NCBI GenBank assembly: GCA_041562075.1
Contig: JBFEYO010000001.1
Location: forward strand, 1-50,476
DNA: 50,476 bases
Reading direction: 5' to 3'
Source of the DNA: Sulfurimonadaceae bacterium
GTDB taxonomy: Bacteria > Campylobacterota > Campylobacteria > Campylobacterales > Sulfurimonadaceae
Within the stretch, counting starts at the first letter, position 1. Each line of letters begins with the position of its first letter. The notes under the pieces are model-generated. The model saw only the letters and a list, made by a program, of their open reading frames with translations, did not search any database and was not told where the DNA came from. A program made the position numbers and the translations under genes. This document shows, in pieces, positions 30,640-39,547 of this stretch.

Positions 30640-31419
30640 GTGTCCAATTTACAAGAAGTCAAAACCGTTATTTTTGATAAAAACCTCAACCGTATCATCC
30701 AGTCCGATCCAATCTTTGAAGCCCTCTTTCAAAATATCTATACCCTGACGGCTCTTAATGCCTTTCTTGCACAAAACGCCATGCTCGATGAGGGCTTCTT
30801 ACACAAATTGAAGATGAGTGGGAAAGAGTATCACCTCTGTTATCAGATGGCCGATTTAGATGAGACCTTTGAGTTTCGGTTCTTTTTGTTATCGGATTCC
30901 TGGTTCGTCGTCAATCCGACCGGTTGTTACGATCTATATGATCAACTTACCGGACTGATGACGGAAAAGAACATCCTCTCTACCCTGAAGCATGAGATCA
31001 AACGTACCATTCGCGATAAGAATGCCACCACCGCTCTTATTCTTGATGTCAAGCACCTTAAAAATATCAACGAGATGTTTGGATACCTCGCCGGTGATCA
31101 TGTGTTGCAGGAGATTGCCCGTACGCTTAGAGAAAATACACGGGGTTCAGATGCCCTGGGGCGATTCAAAGGGGATAAGTATCTAATCCTCCTACATAAC
31201 ACGGATGCCCACGGCACCATGCAGTATGTCAAAAAATTTGAAAACGCACTGAGCAAAATCGATTTCAGTTTCAATGACTTTAATTTTGATGTGGAACTGA
31301 ATTTCGGTGTCACGCTTACCAGTGAAGGTGATACGGTCCATACCCTCATTGACCGGGCAAGCAAAGCCCTCATCAAAGCAAAAAAAAGCAAGTCCTCCAA
31401 TATCGAATACCTTTTGTAG
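30640..31419 (+). CDS. Degenerate GGDEF-domain protein with an unassigned ~115-aa N-terminal domain (paralogue 1)
   Basis: The GGDEF-fold markers DQLTGL, LDVKHLKNINEMFGYLAGD and RGSD-ALG-RFKGDKY show a lost active site and a retained RxxD. The GTG start was chosen by collinearity with the downstream paralogue, which gives 259 codons for each, and by its position after the -10 box. The track ORF starts at ATG 30568. Confidence 0.65.
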   Translation: MSNLQEVKTVIFDKNLNRIIQSDPIFEALFQNIYTLTALNAFLAQNAMLDEGFLHKLKMSGKEYHLCYQMADLDETFEFRFFLLSDSWFVVNPTGCYDLYDQLTGLMTEKNILSTLKHEIKRTIRDKNATTALILDVKHLKNINEMFGYLAGDHVLQEIARTLRENTRGSDALGRFKGDKYLILLHNTDAHGTMQYVKKFENALSKIDFSFNDFNFDVELNFGVTLTSEGDTVHTLIDRASKALIKAKKSKSSNIEYLL

Positions 31420-31425
31420 TATAAT
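31420..31425 (+). promoter_or_regulatory. -10 box (tagTATAAT) for the second degenerate-GGDEF paralogue
   Basis: In ttttgtagTATAATcc, the tag is the stop codon of paralogue 1. The box lies 34 nt upstream of ATG 31460. Confidence 0.4.
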
Positions 31426-31459
31426 CCTAGCCATAGTTTTATGCTCAAAGGCCATCAAG

Positions 31460-32239
31460 ATGTCTGCCATGCTTCAAAAAATCATTACTGTTGTCTTTGA
31501 TAAGAACATGAATATGCTTCTACGTTCAGACCCGGTCTTTGATTATCTTTTTCCCAAGATCACTACCCTCACCGACTTTCAGCACTTTTTAGATCAAAAC
31601 AGTTTTCATGATGAAAACTTTTTGGCCCGCTTAAACGTCGAAGGTAGAGAACACCACATCTGCTACAAGGGATTTGATCTGCAGGAACAATATAAATTTG
31701 AGTTTTTTCTTCTGGATGAGGAGTGGACAATCATCCACCCTTCCGGACGCCACGACATTCATGACAGACTCACAGGGGTCCTGACACAAAAAAGTTTCCT
31801 GCCCATACTCGATCATGAGATCCACCGAAGCCAGCGGAACAAGGAGCCCTACACCCTTTTGCTCATTGATATCTCCCACCTCAAAGATATCAATGAGGCC
31901 TTTGGATACATTGCAGGAGATTCTCTTATCAAAGCCGTGGCTGGTCTTTTACAGCAACACTCCCGTGCGTCTGACATTCTTGGTCGTTATCATGGAGATA
32001 AGTTTTTGCTCCTTCTGAACAAAACCGATCGTGCCGGTGCCGTGCATTTCATCCAGAAGCTCAACACCCAGATCAATGAACTGACCATGCACTTTGGCGA
32101 AGTAAACCTGCAGGTTCAAGTCCGCTATGGTATGAGCGGGCATGATCACGAAGATACGGTTGACACCCTTCTTCAGGGAGTTACGGCCAGTCTCAAACAG
32201 ACGAAGATCGACAATCCTGCTCAAATCATGGAGTTTTAA
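31460..32239 (+). CDS. Degenerate GGDEF-domain protein with an unassigned ~115-aa N-terminal domain (paralogue 2)
   Basis: Markers are DRLTGV, IDISHLKDINEAFGYIAGD and RASD-ILG-RYHGDKF. The start is set at MSAMLQK, with AAGG upstream. The track ORF starts inside the upstream gene at 31307. Confidence 0.65.
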   Translation: MSAMLQKIITVVFDKNMNMLLRSDPVFDYLFPKITTLTDFQHFLDQNSFHDENFLARLNVEGREHHICYKGFDLQEQYKFEFFLLDEEWTIIHPSGRHDIHDRLTGVLTQKSFLPILDHEIHRSQRNKEPYTLLLIDISHLKDINEAFGYIAGDSLIKAVAGLLQQHSRASDILGRYHGDKFLLLLNKTDRAGAVHFIQKLNTQINELTMHFGEVNLQVQVRYGMSGHDHEDTVDTLLQGVTASLKQTKIDNPAQIMEF

Positions 32240-32273
32240 GATGACTCTATATCCCAACCCATTATAATGCCCC

Positions 32274-32939
32274 ATGATTTTCGGAAAAATAGAGTATTTG
32301 AACCTGCTGCCCTTCCATGTCTTTATGAAGCGATATGCCAAGAGTGCTCAACAAGGCCAAAGTCTTCATTATAAACGCGGGGTTCCCTCAGCCATCAACA
32401 AAGCCTTCAAATACCGTCGTGTAAACGCTGCTTTTATCTCCAGTATTGCATCTGCGAAATGTCACTGTCTGGATCTGGGTATCATCTCCAAAAAGGAAGT
32501 AAAGTCTGTTTTACTTATTCCCGGAAATGACAAGTGCGATAAAGAATCCGCTACCTCCAATATGCTTGCACAGGTATTGGGCTTGCATGGAGAAGTTCTT
32601 ATCGGCGATAAAGCCCTTAAATACTCCCTAAACCATCCCGAAGAAGGGTATGTCGATCTGGCTGAGACCTGGTATAAAGAGCATAAACTTCCTTTCGTTT
32701 TTGCCCGTTTATGCTATCACGGGAACCGTCAAAAATATCAAAAACTCTCTCGGGAGTTTTTAAAAAAGCAGTACAAAATCCCCTATTACATCCTTCAAGG
32801 AGCCAGTGCTAAAAGCGGTATAGATGCAGGGGATATTCTGGAATACCTCAAACTGATCGAATACCGTATAGATACCCGTGCTGCCGCTTCGTTAAAGCGT
32901 TTTTTACATCTCAGTCAAAAGGGCTTAAAAAGAAGCTGA
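32274..32939 (+). CDS. mqnA: Chorismate dehydratase (futalosine pathway of menaquinone synthesis)
   Basis: The N-terminus MIFGKIEYLNLLPFHVF and the ~220-aa periplasmic-binding-protein-like length are typical of MqnA in Campylobacterota. Confidence 0.7.
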   Translation: MIFGKIEYLNLLPFHVFMKRYAKSAQQGQSLHYKRGVPSAINKAFKYRRVNAAFISSIASAKCHCLDLGIISKKEVKSVLLIPGNDKCDKESATSNMLAQVLGLHGEVLIGDKALKYSLNHPEEGYVDLAETWYKEHKLPFVFARLCYHGNRQKYQKLSREFLKKQYKIPYYILQGASAKSGIDAGDILEYLKLIEYRIDTRAAASLKRFLHLSQKGLKRS

Positions 32940-33012
32940 TTTAACATCCTGCTAAGAATATCTGAAATACAATAGAATACTATTATATACTATCCTTTTT
33001 TCGGAGCTTTCC

Positions 33013-36000
33013 ATGCCAGAAACAACTGCACTCAATGCTGTCTGTTCCCAACTCTTACGTGCCGATGACTTAAAGATCTCTCCTGAACTGTATGAACAGA
33101 TTTTAAACGATCATATCGTCAGCAAGATCTATATCAATAAACAAAATGTATCTATTAAGATCTATGCCACTGAGGCCCTCCACCTCTCTTGCATGACTCC
33201 GGTGTTACATGACTTCAGTTTTCGTATTATTGATGAAGTCACCTATGAAATACCTCAAAAACGCGGATCCGTATTTGTCAACCGTTTTAATCTTGATATC
33301 AAAGATCTGAAAAAATTCGAACATGCTCAAGAGAACATCGAAAAGATCATCAGTCTATCCCTCCTGGGACAAACCTTTGATCGATGCCGACTATATTCCC
33401 TTGTCTATCTTGAAAACTTTTCCCTGCGTCATATCAAATTCATACGTGCACTTATCGAATACCTTGATCAGGCAGTATTGACCTTCAATGATGCGACCAT
33501 TATCCATACCTTGAACCACCATCACGAGATCACCAATCTTTTCTTGCAGTACTTTCTCACCAAGTTTGATCCTTCCATCAAACAACGCAGCAGTAAAATC
33601 AAGCAGATCAGTGAGGCGATCGAAGAACAGATCAAAGAGGTACCCAATATCCTCGAAGACAAGGTACTTAAACTCACCTACACGCTCTTGCAATCTCTAC
33701 TGCGTACGAATTACTTCTTGGATCAAGACGGTATTGCACTGAAGATTCACACCGAACTCTTTGCAGAGCACCTTAAAGGCATTCAACCCAAATACGAGAT
33801 TTTCGTATATCACCCTGAGTTCAGTGGTCTTCATCTACGCATGAGCCGCATTAGCCGCGGTGGTCTGCGCTGGAGTGAACGGCATGAGGATTACCGTACC
33901 GAGATCAAGTCCCTGATGATCACTCAAGAAGGTAAGAACTCTATCATCGTGCCCGACGGTGCCAAAGGTGGGTTCATCATCAGAAAGGATAAGAGTCAGA
34001 TATCCAAAGCCTATTTTGAAGAGATCTATACCAAATTTATCAATAACCTTTTGGATATGGTGGATAATGTCGTGGATGGAAAGGTCGTCAAAGATAAAAA
34101 GATCATTGCCTATGATGAAGATGATACTTATTTTGTCGTCGCAGCGGACAAGGGTACTGCTAGTATGAGTGATGTCGCCAACAAGATCTCCATAGAACGG
34201 AACTTTTGGCTCAAAGATGCCTTCGCCTCAGGCGGTTCCAATGGATTTGGACATAAGGACCTTGGCATTACCGCCAAAGGTGCGATCATCTCTACACAGC
34301 GTTTCTTTATAGAAAAAGGTGTGGACTTTTATAAGGAACCTATTACCGTCGTTGGCCTTGGTTCCATGAACGGTGACGTATTTGGAAACGGCATGCTCGA
34401 ATCCAAGGCCTTCAAACTGCTTGCCGCAATCTCTCACAAAGAGGTCTTTGTCGATCCTGATCCCATACCGAAATCTGCCTATGAAGAGCGTCGGCGACTT
34501 TTTGTAGCAAAAGACGGTTCCTGGTCTGCCTACGACAAAAAGCTCATCTCCAAAGGAGGAGGTGTTTTCCTGCGTTCGGAGAAATCCATTGAACTATCCG
34601 ATGAGATAAAGAAAATGATCGGAACGACTAAAAACAGCTTAAGTGGAGAAGAGCTTGCCAAGAGCCTCCTGTGTATGAAAGTGGATATGCTCTTTAACGG
34701 TGGTGTCGGTACCTATGTGAAGAGTTCTGATGAAAGCAGTCTGGACATCGGAGACAAACAAAACGAAGCCGTACGGGTAGATGCCAATGAACTCAAAGCC
34801 TATTGTGTCTGTGAAGGGGGGAACCTGGGATTTACCCAAAGGGCCCGTATCGAATATGCCAATGAGGGGGGACGTATAAATCTGGACGGTATTGATAATT
34901 CCGCCGGTGTTAACATCTCTGATCATGAAGTCAATCTCAAGATACTTCTCAATGCGATTCAGGAGAAGGGTCTGTTAAATGATGAAGAGCGTAATACAAC
35001 CCTTAGCAGTCTTACTGATCAGATTGTCAATATGGTCCTGTGGGATAACTATAATCAAAGTCTTGCCCTCTCCAGGGATGAGCAGCTTTCTCGTATCTAT
35101 ATCAAGGACTTTTTAGACACAATCAAGATCCTTGAACAGAACATTCCTGCCTTTAAACGTAGGGACTTTTACATCCCCAAAGATGAGAACATCAATGCCA
35201 TGCTTAATGATGACGGTTCTATTGTCCGGCCTATTCTCGCGTCCATGCTCTCTTATGCCAAGATATTTATCAAAAACCTGCTGCTTGATTCCACCCTAGT
35301 CGATGAAAATTTCGCCCTTGGATACCTGCATAAATATTTTCCTAAGTCCTTTGTAGGCATCTATGAACATGAGATCTCCAACCACCCGCTCAAGCGCGAA
35401 TTGATTGCCACGACCATTGCAGACAAGGTCATCAACTTTCAAGGGGTCAGCTTTATCTGTGATTTCGAACGTATCGGTGAAGAGAAATTTATCAATAAGA
35501 TCAAATCCTACCTCATCTGTAATCAGCTCTTTGAGACAAATGATATACGCCATGAGATCTTTAGACAGGATTTCATCATGAAGAGTGAGGAACAATATGC
35601 CCTGCTCTCGGAGATGGAGCGCACCCTGATCTTCTCCGTCAAATGGATGATCAAATATCTCAATAAAAACCAGATCGATGCCAATCATATCCTCGAAAAT
35701 CGACAGGCACTTTTTAGCATGCTTGATAAGATCAACGGTGAGCACCGTATCGAGATTATCCCGGGGAATGACACTTTTAACAGCTTTTTTGCCCATATCG
35801 AATATCTTCGCTTTGCCGTGGCCGCTATCACTATCAAAGAGTCCACTCAGCATAACTTTGAGGATGTGGCAACGCTTTTTTACATGATTATCAGTGAGTT
35901 TAAGATCATCGAGCTCATCTCTGCCCTGGACGATATACCGCTCTCCCTTGAAAGCGATCGCGTCCTGAAGCGGCAGATGTTACAGTTTATCGACTTTATC

Positions 36001-36201
36001 GTCGTGCACTACACGCACAAGATTCTTAGTTTTCAACGGGTTGATGAAAGCCCTGAAGATGCTTTTACTTCCTTTATCTCAAATGAGAATGAGAGTTTCG
36101 CAGGGACAAAAGAGCAGCTGGAAGCCTTTGTAAACTATGAAAACAGAGGGCTTAAAGAGATCACCGTAACAGTGAACCAGCTAATGGCGTCTGCTATTTG
36201 A
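33013..36201 (+). CDS. Large NAD-specific glutamate dehydrogenase (~1060-aa class)
   Basis: The central catalytic core shows SRISRGGLRWSERHEDYRTE, VPDGAKGGF, VVAADKGTA and GGSNGFGHK. It is flanked by long N- and C-terminal helical regions typical of large bacterial GDHs. Confidence 0.85.
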   Translation: MPETTALNAVCSQLLRADDLKISPELYEQILNDHIVSKIYINKQNVSIKIYATEALHLSCMTPVLHDFSFRIIDEVTYEIPQKRGSVFVNRFNLDIKDLKKFEHAQENIEKIISLSLLGQTFDRCRLYSLVYLENFSLRHIKFIRALIEYLDQAVLTFNDATIIHTLNHHHEITNLFLQYFLTKFDPSIKQRSSKIKQISEAIEEQIKEVPNILEDKVLKLTYTLLQSLLRTNYFLDQDGIALKIHTELFAEHLKGIQPKYEIFVYHPEFSGLHLRMSRISRGGLRWSERHEDYRTEIKSLMITQEGKNSIIVPDGAKGGFIIRKDKSQISKAYFEEIYTKFINNLLDMVDNVVDGKVVKDKKIIAYDEDDTYFVVAADKGTASMSDVANKISIERNFWLKDAFASGGSNGFGHKDLGITAKGAIISTQRFFIEKGVDFYKEPITVVGLGSMNGDVFGNGMLESKAFKLLAAISHKEVFVDPDPIPKSAYEERRRLFVAKDGSWSAYDKKLISKGGGVFLRSEKSIELSDEIKKMIGTTKNSLSGEELAKSLLCMKVDMLFNGGVGTYVKSSDESSLDIGDKQNEAVRVDANELKAYCVCEGGNLGFTQRARIEYANEGGRINLDGIDNSAGVNISDHEVNLKILLNAIQEKGLLNDEERNTTLSSLTDQIVNMVLWDNYNQSLALSRDEQLSRIYIKDFLDTIKILEQNIPAFKRRDFYIPKDENINAMLNDDGSIVRPILASMLSYAKIFIKNLLLDSTLVDENFALGYLHKYFPKSFVGIYEHEISNHPLKRELIATTIADKVINFQGVSFICDFERIGEEKFINKIKSYLICNQLFETNDIRHEIFRQDFIMKSEEQYALLSEMERTLIFSVKWMIKYLNKNQIDANHILENRQALFSMLDKINGEHRIEIIPGNDTFNSFFAHIEYLRFAVAAITIKESTQHNFEDVATLFYMIISEFKIIELISALDDIPLSLESDRVLKRQMLQFIDFIVVHYTHKILSFQRVDESPEDAFTSFISNENESFAGTKEQLEAFVNYENRGLKEITVTVNQLMASAI

Positions 36202-36247
36202 TAACGCCATACCCGCTTTGTTTTCCTTTACTTGATGTTCTTTAGCA

Positions 36248-37705
36248 TTAATGTGCCTGAGAATGGCCCTCTTCAAATTTCTCATGGGTACGGGCAATCT
36301 CGGCACGGATCAGGTTAACACGGGCTTTTTGTGATTCAAGAGGCTCCGGAAGCACACAATATTCACCCTCAGTCAGTTCATCATTAAACAACTCTTCATC
36401 AAAGTTTTTGCCCAGATACTCTACGATGATACGCAAATCCCTCTCGGCATTTCCCAGACACGACGTCGCCCCGGGAGAAGGCGTCATATTAAAGAGGATC
36501 CCTGTTCCCGGATTAATCGATGCCTCTCCCAGCATCAGTTTTTGCTCATCCTTGTTCAGTACCTGAGGACGTACGCCTCCAAACCCCGAGGCATATCTAA
36601 ACTCGTCGATCTTTAAAGAGGGCACAATTTTTCGAGCATCTCTTAAAAAAAGATATTTATTAAGGATCGGTACTTCAAAGAGGAAGTTCCTAAAGATATA
36701 GTTTCGAATATCACTCTCTTTAAGCAGTTTCCACAAGGCCGTCGCAATATGTCTGTCAAAACGCAGGGTCTTCCAAAAATCCATATAGGTACCGCTCTTA
36801 TAACGCTCCAGTTTAGGCAGCACCAGGGCAGTCGGCCCAAAACGGGTATTTCCATCGGCCAGTACATCCGGATCTCCATGTAAGGCTGCAAAAGGGAGTT
36901 TCGGGTTTTGAATCATATATACCTTACCATTGAGCATCTTCTCATTGGTCATATAAAAACTTCCCGCGATCGGAAGACAGCCAAGGTTATGCCCATACCC
37001 CATCTCATGAGCGATATACAGACTGTGTGCCCCGGCATCCACCACGACAAAGTCCGCCGTATAGGTCTGCTCACCGCAATGTACGACATGTCGTCGTTCT
37101 CCATCTTTCTCGATCTTTGTCACCGGCGAATTAAAGAAAACATCCACCCGTTTTCCTTCTTGGCTTTTGGCATTCTCGATCAAGGATGCTGCCATCTTTC
37201 CAAAATCAACGGTGGTCCATTGACCTCTGGCACCGACACCGACCACAGGCTCAGAACGTTCATTCCCATTAGCGTCCAAGACCACCCGAGGTTCATACTC
37301 TTTTAACTTCTCCTTGTCCCATACCTCAAGGTAGGGAAAAAGCTTGGAGAACTCCTCAAAACGGTGAAGTAAGAACTCCACCTCCTTCTCACCTACACCA
37401 AGGGCCATCTTCTGATGGGAGAAAATGATCTCATCCTGATAATGATATTGTAGACAGTATTTCTCGACCATCTTTGCCGTACGCTTGGTGATTGCTGCTT
37501 TCTCCAGGGTATAGTTTGTCTCGATATCACCTACGTGGATCGTCTGAGAGTTGGAAGTGCCAGAACTGTTCAGTGTGGCGACATCTTCATACTTTTCTAC
37601 CAGTCCGATCGACTCGATATTCGTATAACGCGCCAGCTCATACGCCAAAGCCGCACCCGATATACCGGCACCGACAATCAACACTTCATAATGGTTTTCT
37701 CTCAT
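36248..37705 (-). CDS. mqo: FAD-dependent malate:quinone oxidoreductase-like enzyme
   Basis: It has an N-terminal dinucleotide fold (VLIVGAGISGAALAYEL), NSSGTSNSQTIHVGDIETNYT (compare the Mqo NAGTGH..E.NYT region), and a size typical of the epsilonproteobacterial Mqo type. Confidence 0.6.
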   Translation of the reverse strand: MRENHYEVLIVGAGISGAALAYELARYTNIESIGLVEKYEDVATLNSSGTSNSQTIHVGDIETNYTLEKAAITKRTAKMVEKYCLQYHYQDEIIFSHQKMALGVGEKEVEFLLHRFEEFSKLFPYLEVWDKEKLKEYEPRVVLDANGNERSEPVVGVGARGQWTTVDFGKMAASLIENAKSQEGKRVDVFFNSPVTKIEKDGERRHVVHCGEQTYTADFVVVDAGAHSLYIAHEMGYGHNLGCLPIAGSFYMTNEKMLNGKVYMIQNPKLPFAALHGDPDVLADGNTRFGPTALVLPKLERYKSGTYMDFWKTLRFDRHIATALWKLLKESDIRNYIFRNFLFEVPILNKYLFLRDARKIVPSLKIDEFRYASGFGGVRPQVLNKDEQKLMLGEASINPGTGILFNMTPSPGATSCLGNAERDLRIIVEYLGKNFDEELFNDELTEGEYCVLPEPLESQKARVNLIRAEIARTHEKFEEGHSQAH

Positions 37706-37756
37706 CTTTGTCCTTATAATTTATAATTTACACCAGCTCAAAAGTGAACAGTTATA

Positions 37757-39454
37757 CTATTTAAGCAGATCAGGAAGCGGCTCGCCCAGATGAAATCCCT
37801 GAGCATAGGTCACACCCATCTTCTCAACCAGATCCAATACTTCTTGAGAATGGACAAACTCTGCAACCGTAGGGATATTAAGACGTTTAGCAAAATTCAC
37901 TATAGACTCTGTAATCACTCGGTGATTTGGATTTTCAGGGAGATCCCGGATAAAAGCACCATCGATTTTCAAAGTCGATATAGGCAGATTGATAAGTTGC
38001 CCAAAGTTAGAACACTCTGCACCAAAATCATCAATTATAATCGAGCACCCTTTGTCATGCAATGTAAACAGACGCTCTTTTATCAACTCATTGTTCATGA
38101 TACTCTTCTCCTCAAGTATCTCGATACCTATCTGCCGGGGGTCAACGCTGTACTTCTGGAACATTCCCTCCATAAACTCGATAAGATCCGGCTCTTGAAA
38201 ATCCTGATCTGTCATATTCACCGTCAACTTCCCACTGAACTCTTTTGTCTTTTTGCAGGCACTTTCAAACATCACCTGAAAAATCGCATACATCTGACCA
38301 CTGTTCTTAGCTGCTTCCAGAAATTCAAAAGGAGAGATGACTTTCCCCTCATGAAGCATACGTACCAGGCATTCATACTTGAGAACCTCTCCTGTCTCAA
38401 TAGAGAAAATTGGCTGATAATAACTCACGATGCGATTAGTTTCCAAGGCATCACGAATCCGTTTGACCCAGATAGAGTTCGTCTTGATGGTTTTGATAAT
38501 CTTGATGTCATCGGTATATTTTTTCGCTCTGTTTCGTCCAAGGGAGCGGGCCTCTTTAAGGGCAAACTCTGCCTTTTGGATCAGATTTCCTTCCTCATGC
38601 ATCGCCAGGCCAAGGGTCACACTCAATCGATTTTCCACGCCTCCAAGCAAGAAACTCATCTCATTGATCTCTTTTTGTATGGCAAAGAGCTTCTCTTCAC
38701 TGATCTCCTCACCTGAACTGAGAATACCGAAAGTATCCACTTCCAGATGAAACACCTCCATCTCTTCACCATACATGCTCTGTAAAAAACCGCCCATCTG
38801 CATTAATAGATCATCGCCGATCTCAAATCCCTGGGTTTCATTAATCATACTGAAACTGTCAATGTTTAACAACACAAGGTTTTTTGCCCCGTGGCTGTCC
38901 AGTCTTTCATTCAGTTTTTGACGATTGGGAAGTTTGGTCAAAGGATGGGTAGTCATCTGCTTGTACACATCTTCATACTTATGTTCCAATTCAAGCAAAT
39001 GCGTATATTGGCGAATCGAAGAGCGTACTACCGTATAAAACTTATCAATGGAGAGTTCTGTCTTCTCCTTATAGTCCGTGATATCATAATGATCGATAAT
39101 ATCTCTTTCGGGGACCTCATCGGGCTGACCGGTCCGTACGACAAGCCGAATAAGCTTATTTCCAAGATCATTACGAATATAATTGATCAGATCCAAGCCC
39201 GCAGTTGATGTCTCCATGATCACATCTACCAAGGCCAAGGCAATGTCATCATGTTCATTTAATTTCTCTTTAGCTTCCTCTGCGCTCATGGCGTTAATAA
39301 GCTCAAGTCGGCGTCCATCGATCAGAACAGACTTCAAGGCATTCGCTGTAATATCATGAACGGAAGCCTCATCATCTATGACCAGGATCTTCCATGATTC
39401 CTTAGGAAGCGCTTTGTCTTCACGCTCCTGGGCAAACTCAAATAAATCGCTCAT
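37757..39454 (-). CDS. Response regulator with REC, degenerate GGDEF and EAL domains (c-di-GMP phosphodiesterase type)
   Basis: The REC domain shows ILVIDDE, ALVDVIME and RTGQPDE. The GGDEF-like domain has EVDTF in place of GGDEF and no RxxD. The EAL domain retains ECLVR, N, EILE, IIDDFG, KIDG and QGF. Confidence 0.8.
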   Translation of the reverse strand: MSDLFEFAQEREDKALPKESWKILVIDDEASVHDITANALKSVLIDGRRLELINAMSAEEAKEKLNEHDDIALALVDVIMETSTAGLDLINYIRNDLGNKLIRLVVRTGQPDEVPERDIIDHYDITDYKEKTELSIDKFYTVVRSSIRQYTHLLELEHKYEDVYKQMTTHPLTKLPNRQKLNERLDSHGAKNLVLLNIDSFSMINETQGFEIGDDLLMQMGGFLQSMYGEEMEVFHLEVDTFGILSSGEEISEEKLFAIQKEINEMSFLLGGVENRLSVTLGLAMHEEGNLIQKAEFALKEARSLGRNRAKKYTDDIKIIKTIKTNSIWVKRIRDALETNRIVSYYQPIFSIETGEVLKYECLVRMLHEGKVISPFEFLEAAKNSGQMYAIFQVMFESACKKTKEFSGKLTVNMTDQDFQEPDLIEFMEGMFQKYSVDPRQIGIEILEEKSIMNNELIKERLFTLHDKGCSIIIDDFGAECSNFGQLINLPISTLKIDGAFIRDLPENPNHRVITESIVNFAKRLNIPTVAEFVHSQEVLDLVEKMGVTYAQGFHLGEPLPDLLK

Positions 39455-39547
39455 ACAACAACACCTAGAATAAAATATACTTATAGAATAACAGTAAACA
39501 TTTTAAAGGGGTATTAATCCCAGGGCGAAGAGGGTGCCCAAGAAGGA

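Noticed and set aside
37790-38716. A 308-aa ORF lies antisense to the REC-GGDEF-EAL gene. Similar long antisense ORFs occur at 28925..29701 in moeA, 2823..3317 in the response regulator, 3708..4229 in addA, 35296..35853 in the GDH gene and 47112..47642 in the DUF1538 gene.
   Set aside because: These are shadow ORFs opposite strongly supported genes. Their products are low-complexity or basic and have no recognisable motifs or RBS.
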